This document shows, piece by piece, positions 25,534 through 32,000 of a stretch of DNA of 32,000 nt; position 1 is the stretch's first letter, and each line of letters opens with the position of its first letter. The translations under genes and the position numbers were made by a program. A model generated the notes under the pieces. That model made no database searches, was not told where the DNA came from, and saw nothing but the letters and a program-made list of their open reading frames with translations. Origin of the DNA: Vulcanisaeta distributa DSM 14429 (GTDB taxonomy: Archaea > Thermoproteota > Thermoprotei > Thermoproteales > Thermocladiaceae); contig NC_014537.1 of the NCBI RefSeq assembly GCF_000148385.1, positions 1,740,001 to 1,772,000 of the forward strand, given 5' to 3'.

Positions 25534-25552
25534 GGGAAGAACCGGGAGCCAA

Positions 25553-25567
25553 GGAATTTAAGTTTTT
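25553..25567 (-). promoter_or_regulatory. TATA-like box of the tRNA-Ala gene
   Basis: The minus strand reads aaaaacttaaattcc, with its TATA-like core centred about 26 nt upstream of the tRNA 5' end at 25533. Confidence 0.4.
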
Positions 25568-25635
25568 AGCCTTGGGCTGTTGCAGTGATGACTTTATTGT
25601 TTTTGAGTGGGTTATTGGCTTATGTGTGCCTCGAA

Positions 25636-26118
25636 TTATGTGGAGTATTTCTTGTTTAATTCATCAACTATGCGTATTACCTCTTCGTAGGGTGGTTCAA
25701 CACCCGGGTTATCACTGACCCACTTGTAAACCACAATGCCTTTAGGATCAAGTATGAACACGGCCCTTTTGGCGACGCCTTTAAGGCCGAGTAAGTTTTC
25801 GTGGATGACCCCATACTTCGTAATCATCTCCTTATTGAAGTCGCTCAATAATGTGAAGTTTAGCCTATTCGCTTCCTTAAATGCCTTGAGTGTGAATGGC
25901 GTGTCCACGCTTATAGCTATAACCTCAGCGTTGGCTTTGTTTAGCAGCGCCATCCTATCCCTGAATGTGCATAACTCCTTTGTGCATACTGGCGAGAAGG
26001 CCGCTGGGAAGGTTAATATGACCACGAACCTCTTACCGAGGAATTCAGATAACCTCCTTAGTTTCAACTCAGTGTCCAGGAGCTCAAAGTCCGGGGCCCT
26101 TTCCCCAACCTCAACCAT
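25636..26118 (-). CDS. bcp: peroxiredoxin (Bcp/AhpC-TSA family thiol peroxidase)
   Basis: VGERAPDFEL...VVILTFPAAFSPVCTKELC carries the peroxidatic Cys motif. The ORF track starts at 26172, which adds 18 atypical residues. The ATG at 26118 (MVEVGERAPDF) is family-typical and has ttatttaa about 33 nt upstream. Confidence 0.85.
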   Translation of the reverse strand: MVEVGERAPDFELLDTELKLRRLSEFLGKRFVVILTFPAAFSPVCTKELCTFRDRMALLNKANAEVIAISVDTPFTLKAFKEANRLNFTLLSDFNKEMITKYGVIHENLLGLKGVAKRAVFILDPKGIVVYKWVSDNPGVEPPYEEVIRIVDELNKKYST

Positions 26119-26305
26119 GATGATCAGGTAACCATGGCGTCCCAACCTTAAATAATTGAGGTTATAATTCATAAATTAGTAATAGGCATTGGGGTTGTTA
26201 CAAAATTAAGAATTAATTAATGGATTAGGGTGTACGGGAATTAGTAATAAGTTTGTAAGGGATTCTGAATAAGCATTATTTAACGGCCCAACCACGCACT
26301 CACCA

Positions 26306-27211
26306 ATGACAAGTGACGCCAAAGGTAAAAGACCGAGTAATGCGGGCATAAGTGGTAGGAGGAGGTTCCTGACCATGCTACTAACCGCCGGTGCTGCTGC
26401 AATGCTCGCAAGCATGTTACCCAATGTAATAACTAATAACGGCAAAAACACTGAAAGTACCTTCGCCAATAACTCCGTAACCTCTTCTGCAGTTAATGAA
26501 TCCAGGTTAAATCAATCAATCACTAATGAGTCCGCGGTCAACATAACCGTACCAACCACATCACACATATCGGCCATTAAGACCTTCCCCACAAACAGGA
26601 CGCAGCAGGTAAACGTCAGTTCAGTTTCTGTAGGCAATGCCGTAAATAACACGGGTAGTACCAGTAATGTTACTAACGTAAGTCTAACGCCACTGGATGA
26701 CTGGTATATCGTACAAATAGGGCCCACACCTCAGGTAAATGTCGGCAGTTATACGCTGGTAATTGATGGGCTTGTGAATAATCCATTGAGCCTGACCTAC
26801 CCTGAGTTAACGAGTATGCCTACTAAAACGATCCTAGACACAATACAGTGCGTTTCAGATCCGTACTTCCTAAGGGCAGTAGTTGAGTGGACTGGCGTGC
26901 CATTGAAGTACGTGTTGAATCTTGCAGGTATCCAATCAAGTGCGACTAAGGTAATACTCTATGGGGCTGATGAGTACACAAGTGATTTACCGTTGTGGAA
27001 GGCAATGGAGGATGACACACTGATCGCATTCATGGCTAATGGACAACCACTATTAAGGACCCACGGTTATCCCGTAAGATTGGTCGTACCTAGGTGGTGG
27101 GGCTATAAATACGTGAAATGGCTGGTTAAGATCACGGTGACTAACGAGAATTACCTGGGCTATTGGGAGTCGAGGGGTTACCCAGACGTTGCTAAGAAGA
27201 ACGGTGATTAA
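26306..27211 (+). CDS. Tat-signal molybdopterin-binding oxidoreductase domain protein (sulfite oxidase / YedY-MsrP superfamily)
   Basis: Has the twin-arginine motif SGRRRFLTMLLTAGAAAM and then about 85 aa of Asn/Ser/Thr-rich linker. The Mo-domain blocks follow: TIQCVSDPY...VEWTGVPLKYVL and GYPVRLVVPRWWGYKYVKWLVKI. Confidence 0.75.
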   Translation: MTSDAKGKRPSNAGISGRRRFLTMLLTAGAAAMLASMLPNVITNNGKNTESTFANNSVTSSAVNESRLNQSITNESAVNITVPTTSHISAIKTFPTNRTQQVNVSSVSVGNAVNNTGSTSNVTNVSLTPLDDWYIVQIGPTPQVNVGSYTLVIDGLVNNPLSLTYPELTSMPTKTILDTIQCVSDPYFLRAVVEWTGVPLKYVLNLAGIQSSATKVILYGADEYTSDLPLWKAMEDDTLIAFMANGQPLLRTHGYPVRLVVPRWWGYKYVKWLVKITVTNENYLGYWESRGYPDVAKKNGD

Positions 27212-27213
27212 TA

Positions 27214-27717
27214 ATGCAGTCCCTACGTATTGGCGATCTACGCATCAATAAGACCGCACTGATATACCCTGGTATTCTAACGATGGTCTTAGCGATGTAT
27301 CTCAAGTCATGGATCATCGCAGTACCCGGTATTGCAATGGCGGTTTACCCAGCCCTTAGCATCAATATTTCCGACTCAATATACTCACCGAGTTTTCAAA
27401 GGAGGACTGCATGGATATTACTTGCGCTATCCATTGCCGAGGCAATTACGGGGTTTGGCGCTGGGCCCACGACTTCGTCCATAGTGTACTCCCTAACGTT
27501 CGGCACCTTGACGAGAGGGCTAGCTCTTCAATTGCACATACTATTAATCGCACCGCTATCGCTCTTCTTCATACTACATATAGCCAGTGGCATTGGTCTC
27601 GCATTAATAAGGAGGAGGATTACCTGGAAACCACTTTACACCTACGTCATACTCTCAATGCTCATAGCACTCTTCACAATCACCATGTACCTCTACAGCT
27701 TATTAGTAATTATTTAA
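27214..27717 (+). CDS. small polytopic membrane protein, candidate haem-b/electron-transfer partner of the Mo enzyme
   Basis: The 167-aa product starts 2 nt after the upstream stop and has about 5 TM helices. Its only two His lie in one helix with H-x13-H spacing (LHILLIAPLSLFFILHI). The function is inferred. Confidence 0.55.
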   Translation: MQSLRIGDLRINKTALIYPGILTMVLAMYLKSWIIAVPGIAMAVYPALSINISDSIYSPSFQRRTAWILLALSIAEAITGFGAGPTTSSIVYSLTFGTLTRGLALQLHILLIAPLSLFFILHIASGIGLALIRRRITWKPLYTYVILSMLIALFTITMYLYSLLVII

Positions 27718-27784
27718 TTAAGCACGGCATCGACGTTACCTCGCATTTTTGCTTAGGGTAATAGGTTTTTAACCCATTGATTTA

Positions 27785-28096
27785 ATGAGTATGTTGATGA
27801 GTAATGATAAGCAGCCGGTGCAAGCAGGGCAGGTTATTAATCAGGAAATGCTCGTGACCGGGATACTAACGTCAGTCAAGCCACTGATACAGGTGGTGCT
27901 GGCGGACCTAGTTAATGACCCAAACCTAAGGAAGATAGTTATAGCGTCAATGCTCTCGGTAATTAACGACAAGGAGTTCAGGTCGTCGCTCAAGGCATTA
28001 ATAATCGAGATCCTGCGTGATGAGAATGTTAGGCGTGAACTCCGCGACTTCCTGAGGGATGTTGGCAATCCACTACGTCTTCTACTGCCTCCGTAA
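27785..28096 (+). CDS. hypothetical helical protein with three 17-residue repeats
   Basis: A 103-aa ORF with an AT-rich TATA-like stretch upstream. It contains the repeats NDPNLRKIVIASMLSVI / NDKEFRSSLKALIIEIL / RDENVRRELRDFLRDVG. Confidence 0.55.
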   Translation: MSMLMSNDKQPVQAGQVINQEMLVTGILTSVKPLIQVVLADLVNDPNLRKIVIASMLSVINDKEFRSSLKALIIEILRDENVRRELRDFLRDVGNPLRLLLPP

Positions 28097-28177
28097 AACC
28101 TGGATTAATTTGGGATTTTGTTATTTTTACTGGTGTGCCGGGATTCATTTATTTTAGCAATACATTAACAGTGATCA

Positions 28178-28546
28178 ATGAGTTCGCAGGTAGACCCAAT
28201 ACAGATAGCTCGATTACCTGAGAATCAGCGTGAGCAGCAAATAAGGTCAATACTACAAATGCTATTCACACTAAAGGAGGACCAGGCATTCCAGGCACTA
28301 CGTGGAGTCATTGAGACCCTCGCCAGTAGGGCCACTGATGATGAGTACATTAATTGGTGCAAAACCACGATGAAGATCCTGGCCTCGTACCCAGACGAGG
28401 TTGTTAAGGCAGGGCTGGCATTAAGAAGTAGGGTGGTCTCCAGCCTGGATAAGAACCTTCAGAGTAGGGATCAGGCTATTGTGGGTAGGGTTTTGCAACT
28501 TCTTGATGAGAATACGCGGCAGAAGTTGATTAGGAATATGAAGTGA
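28178..28546 (+). CDS. hypothetical all-helical protein
   Basis: A 122-aa ORF with protein-like composition. The TATA-like catttattttagc is centred about 26 nt upstream of its ATG. I recognise no motif. Confidence 0.55.
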   Translation: MSSQVDPIQIARLPENQREQQIRSILQMLFTLKEDQAFQALRGVIETLASRATDDEYINWCKTTMKILASYPDEVVKAGLALRSRVVSSLDKNLQSRDQAIVGRVLQLLDENTRQKLIRNMK

Positions 28547-28606
28547 GTGTCTTCGGCTTCGTCAAAAGAATTAAATTTATCTTCCTTATCCTTAAACCCG
28601 CGGTAA

Positions 28607-30442
28607 ATGCCCTCAGTGATTTATTGGTGTGATGACTTAAACGTGCCAGTACTTAGTAAGGACTTGGGGGCTAGGCGCTGCTCATCGATGAGTATCACCA
28701 GGATTACCAAACCTGGTGATGTTAGGCCTGCCTTTCCCGCAGATGTCGAGATTACGAGGAGGGCCGTGATTAATGAGTTTGGGAGTGAGGAATTGGCTAA
28801 ATTATTAATACCCGATAATGAGGTCATCCTCCTCAATAAGATACCTGGTTATGCCGATCAGGCTGATGAGGTTATTGTGAGGGGTAGGGTGGTTGGTCAT
28901 AGGTTTTATGATATAGAAAGAAGGATGTGGAGGTTCAGGCCGTTGTACGAGGGCATTACTGAGATGATCAATAGGGGCCTTGGTTACTGGGCAATAATTA
29001 AGATGGATAGGTTACCCGGGAAATACGATGTTCATAGAGAATCAATAATTAGGGGTAATTTACCCAGCGAGAAGTACGTGCATGTCGCGGTGTCCACGGA
29101 GGACGGTAGGTACCACGGCGTTGCCAAGTCAATGAGGGGTGGTAGGCTCAGGATAATTAAGAGCTGGATAGCGAAGGGGCCATTACCAAGCCCCAAACCT
29201 AGCACATTAAAGGACTTCATTGAGTTGAATAGGGAGTATATAGAGCATAAGGCGGGAAAGGCCGTGAATTTCCTGAGGAAGGTCTTCGATGAGTATAAGA
29301 GGCCTGTCGTGGTTTCATACTCAGGCGGTAAGGACTCCCTGGTAGCCCTTGACCTAGTGGCGAGGACTGGCGTTAAATTCTATATATTATTTAACGACAC
29401 AGGTCTTGAACCACTGGAGTCCTATGACAATGTTAAGGAGGTTGCGAAGTTCTACAATGCTGAGTTAATCATAGCCTCGGCAGGGGATAAGTACTGGAGG
29501 GCTATTAGGGAGTTCGGGCCACCGGCCAGGGATTACCGCTGGTGCTGCAAGGTGATAAAGCTTGGGCCAATAACCGATGAGATGCTGCGCAGGTTTCCAA
29601 TGGGTTTCATAAGCGTTGTTGGTCAGAGGGCCTTCGAGTCATTCCAAAGGGCTAAGATGCCCAGGGTTTCAGTTAGTAGGTGGGTTACTAAGGATATCGT
29701 TGTTGCACCGATACAGGACTGGACGGCACTGGAGGTTTGGGGTTACATACTGCTGAGGAACCTGCCCTACAACAAGGCCTATGAGTATGGCTTTGACAGG
29801 CTTGGCTGTGTCATATGCCCAGCCAATGAGTTGGGCGAGTTCGAGATCGTGCGTAGGAGATACCCCGGTATTTACATGAGACTTCGTGAGGTCCTCAAGG
29901 AGTTCTCGACGAGTCAGGAATTGCCGGGGGAATTCATTGATTACGGTCTCTGGCGCTGGAGAAGGGGCTTACCAGGCGATATCCGTAGTCGGGTTAAGGT
30001 GAGTCTCAGGGTTAAGTACCCAGTTAGGCTTAGTGGTGATGGTGAGTCGTTGATTATTGATGTTGATAAACCCATCAACACGAGCACCTTCACGGAGTTC
30101 TTAAAGATGCTCGGTTCAGTGGAGGGCACTGACGGATCATACATTGTGAGGGGAAAGTTTGGAGAGGCTGAGGTCAGGGTTGGGCAGGGTAACAAGGTGC
30201 TTATTTCCTCGGCCAGTAAGGAGTTGAGGATTCATATTGCAGGCTTTGTGGCTAGGGCATCAATATGCGGTGAGTGCAATCTATGCATTAACTGGTGCCC
30301 AACAAAGGCCCTGAGGCGCGTTGGTTCCGGCCCATCATTCATTGTTGATGAGAGTAAATGCATAAACTGCCTGCTTTGTTCCAAGGCATGCCCATCAGCT
30401 CAATACCTAGTATACCGTAACCCTGAAATTCACGGAACCTGA
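28607..30442 (+). CDS. PAPS-reductase/PP-loop family protein fused to a C-terminal 2x[4Fe-4S] ferredoxin domain, with an N-terminal extension of about 230 aa
   Basis: Shows the PP-loop motif VVSYSGGKDSLVAL and the PAPS-reductase block DYRWCCKVIKLGP. At the C-terminus there are two CxxCxxCxxxCP clusters (CGECNLCINWCP, CINCLLCSKACP). The N-terminus carries a WC..LNVP segment and a PGDVRPAF segment. Confidence 0.7.
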   Translation: MPSVIYWCDDLNVPVLSKDLGARRCSSMSITRITKPGDVRPAFPADVEITRRAVINEFGSEELAKLLIPDNEVILLNKIPGYADQADEVIVRGRVVGHRFYDIERRMWRFRPLYEGITEMINRGLGYWAIIKMDRLPGKYDVHRESIIRGNLPSEKYVHVAVSTEDGRYHGVAKSMRGGRLRIIKSWIAKGPLPSPKPSTLKDFIELNREYIEHKAGKAVNFLRKVFDEYKRPVVVSYSGGKDSLVALDLVARTGVKFYILFNDTGLEPLESYDNVKEVAKFYNAELIIASAGDKYWRAIREFGPPARDYRWCCKVIKLGPITDEMLRRFPMGFISVVGQRAFESFQRAKMPRVSVSRWVTKDIVVAPIQDWTALEVWGYILLRNLPYNKAYEYGFDRLGCVICPANELGEFEIVRRRYPGIYMRLREVLKEFSTSQELPGEFIDYGLWRWRRGLPGDIRSRVKVSLRVKYPVRLSGDGESLIIDVDKPINTSTFTEFLKMLGSVEGTDGSYIVRGKFGEAEVRVGQGNKVLISSASKELRIHIAGFVARASICGECNLCINWCPTKALRRVGSGPSFIVDESKCINCLLCSKACPSAQYLVYRNPEIHGT

Positions 30443-30481
30443 GTTTATTACCTTATTAATTATTTAGTGAGTGTTTTATTG

Positions 30482-30694
30482 ATGGATAAGGAGGAGGCCG
30501 TTAGGGCCATTTACCACCTAGTTAATTGGTTAGTGAACCCAAATGAGGAGTTTAGTACAGTGCTTCAGTACTTGAATGAGTTGTGTATGGAGTTTGGCAC
30601 CTGCGTTAAGGTTGATGAACCGACGAGGGTATCAGTCATGAAGGCAATTATAGAGGTTGTGATGGAGTTACTTAGTAAATGCGATAAAAATTAA
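30482..30694 (+). CDS. hypothetical small helical protein
   Basis: The product is 70 aa from the ATG at 30482 (ORF track: GTG at 30467). An AT-rich ttattaattattta sits about 25 nt upstream of the ATG. No motif recognised. Confidence 0.45.
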   Translation: MDKEEAVRAIYHLVNWLVNPNEEFSTVLQYLNELCMEFGTCVKVDEPTRVSVMKAIIEVVMELLSKCDKN

Positions 30695-30771
30695 TTCCAG
30701 CAATACTCGCTTAATCAATGGGTTGGTTAGAAGAGCTTAGGGGTAGAATAGAAATAACACGGAAAAAGGTA

Positions 30772-31232
30772 TCAGTCCTCATTGACGTATAGCCATAATG
30801 CCGTCGCTACACTATCGAGGACGCCCCTGAAAAACCTCTCCTCAAGCTCCTTTAAGTCGCCCTCAAACCTATTACCCAAATACTCACCATCCAACAATGC
30901 CTTAAGTCTCTTGAAATCAACTATCCCAGCAAACACCAACTCACCATTAATGAAAATACTCGGTACAGACCTAACATCTCTAACTTATTGATTAATCTAT
31001 AGTCAATGTGTGTCATTGTGGGTGAGACCCTCGATGATTGGTAGTTGTTCCTCAGTAATTCATGGGTGGCTAGGTCCACGTCACCCGTGACCATTAGGTC
31101 GTAGTGCCGCTGAAACCCACTCCTTGGTACTGCTGCTGTATATGCAGTAATGCCGAGCAGCAGCTTTAGGCGGTGCATAGATTTAACAAGCCCAACGCAC
31201 CTCCTTAATTCCTTGATTAGTGCCTTGGGCAT
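30772..31232 (-). pseudogene. candidate frameshifted thioredoxin-fold gene
   Basis: The 103-aa ORF (31232..30921) overlaps a 70-codon stop-free stretch in another minus-strand frame (30984..30772). That stretch has no usable start codon and encodes VRDVRSVPSIFINGELVFAGIVDFKRLKALLDG..., the cis-Pro/beta-strand C-terminal signature of thioredoxin/glutaredoxin-like proteins. No CxxC is visible in the upstream part. Confidence 0.4.
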
Positions 31233-31294
31233 TATCTTTGCGGTTGTTGTTTTGTGTCCTCTAATTTTAAGTTGGTGTTTTGTTGTTTTGTTTG

Positions 31295-31864
31295 ATGGGC
31301 CTCGCCAGGTTTTTAATTGCCGGCTTCGTCGGTGCTTTGCTTTTCCTATCCCTTTACTTCCTCGTTATTTGGCTTCAGTCTAGCTTGATCGCAAACCCAA
31401 TGTTCATGGGTAGCCTCGGTTTGGGTTCACCGTTTATAATTCATGTTGGTTGTGTTGGGATTAACCCAGTGCCAATAATCATCGACGCCGTTGTCTTAGC
31501 CGTACTCGCTCTGAACCTCGACTCAGTGGGTGGGTTAATTAGGGCTTTAAAGCTGACGATGACCTCCTCAGTAATCATAGCCTCAATAGCCTCATTTGCC
31601 TACTCAATCGTGATTCATAGCCTAAGCGGCTTGGTCATTTACGAGGTCAACTCACTCACCATGCTCGCGGCTTTGATGATCGGCGTGATTGCAATGATGG
31701 CAATCTGCATTATGGCCAAAGCCACTGAGTGCCTTAGGCCCAGTGCGCTGGCTTTAATCACCTACGCCAATGCATTGATCATAGACTACCTAGTCGATGC
31801 CCTGAACTCAGTGACTATAGCCATCGCGAAGGGGCTATTCCGAATTCGCTGGCGTATTCCCTGA
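31295..31864 (+). CDS. polytopic membrane protein of unknown function
   Basis: A very hydrophobic product of about 189 aa with 5-6 predicted helices. The ATG at 31295 is about 28 nt downstream of the TATA-like ctaattttaag. The ORF track uses a TTG at 31280. Confidence 0.55.
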   Translation: MGLARFLIAGFVGALLFLSLYFLVIWLQSSLIANPMFMGSLGLGSPFIIHVGCVGINPVPIIIDAVVLAVLALNLDSVGGLIRALKLTMTSSVIIASIASFAYSIVIHSLSGLVIYEVNSLTMLAALMIGVIAMMAICIMAKATECLRPSALALITYANALIIDYLVDALNSVTIAIAKGLFRIRWRIP

Positions 31865-32000
31865 GTGAGGAGTCCAGCATGAGCGCGTACCTAAGCCCAA
31901 CCCTCCTCCTCACTGCCTCCAGCCAGTTCCTGACCATAGACCCGCTTATTGGCACGCCCTGGAGGGTCTGGTTCACCCACGTCATGCATAGCCCCAACGC
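31815..32000 (-). CDS. 3' end of an unidentified gene running in from beyond the window
   Basis: The minus-strand frame is open to the window edge. The track start is a TTG at 31997 with no stop upstream. Composition is protein-like but no motif is recognised. It overlaps the 3' end of the membrane-protein gene by 50 nt. Confidence 0.3.
   Translation of the reverse strand, partial: ALGLCMTWVNQTLQGVPISGSMVRNWLEAVRRRVGLRYALMLDSSLREYASEFGIAPSRWL

Noticed and set aside
25343-25552. 69-aa minus-strand ORF from the ORF track
   Set aside because: It is read straight through the tRNA-Ala gene (25457-25533) and its T-rich trailer. The tRNA cloverleaf explains the region.
25585-25635. GTGATGA C-box-like heptamer in the spacer between the tRNA and the peroxiredoxin gene
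   Set aside because: No downstream CTGA D box at an appropriate distance and no kink-turn partner. The region is better explained as the tRNA promoter and the bcp 3' spacer.
1-32000. Window-wide search for CRISPR arrays, rRNA, IS elements or large tandem repeats
   Set aside because: I saw no regularly spaced direct repeats, no rRNA-like conserved stretches and no transposase-like ORFs. The only repeated DNA found is the promoter/5' cassette of the three surface-protein genes.

Overview
This 32-kb segment reads like chromosome from a hyperthermophilic crenarchaeon of the Thermoproteales type. That placement is an inference from gene content: an Rpo8-like subunit, short-form XPF, an aKMT-like methyltransferase, a two-domain Sm protein, a thermosome, and TATA-like boxes centred about 26 nt upstream of many start codons, which implies leaderless mRNAs. 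I support about 40 tightly packed genes on both strands. Most are housekeeping: NucS (cut by the window edge), a purine PRTase, a DMT transporter, XPF, an archaeal histone, an AdoMetDC-like pyruvoyl enzyme, a small SAM methyltransferase, Dph2, thermosome, a TFB paralogue, Rpo8-like, Sm-like, archaeosine TGT, a PAC2-type proteasome chaperone, eS17, Hsp20, MetRS, dCTP deaminase, a PLP dehydratase and a peroxiredoxin. There is one tRNA-Ala(CGC). I saw no rRNA, CRISPR array, transposase or integrase. Three regions are not ordinary housekeeping. (1) At 20.1-25.3 kb, three adjacent genes encode large membrane-anchored, glycoprotein-like proteins that I cannot assign to any family; all three share one conserved promoter and signal-anchor cassette, and the cluster sits next to the tRNA. 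(2) At 7.9-11.1 kb, a minus-strand string links a divergent TFB-like gene, a FlaI/GspE-type ATPase and a half-size platform-like membrane protein, with no pilin gene nearby. (3) At 25.6-31.2 kb, a redox neighbourhood holds a peroxiredoxin, a Tat-exported molybdopterin-domain protein with a long sequon-rich stalk and a His-x13-His membrane partner, small helical proteins, a 611-aa PAPS-reductase/PP-loop-ferredoxin fusion, and a disrupted thioredoxin-fold gene. The window also contains a 59-codon zinc-ribbon ORF, absent from the ORF track, that is start/stop-coupled to xpf. All functional calls rest on motif recognition by eye, because no database search could be run.
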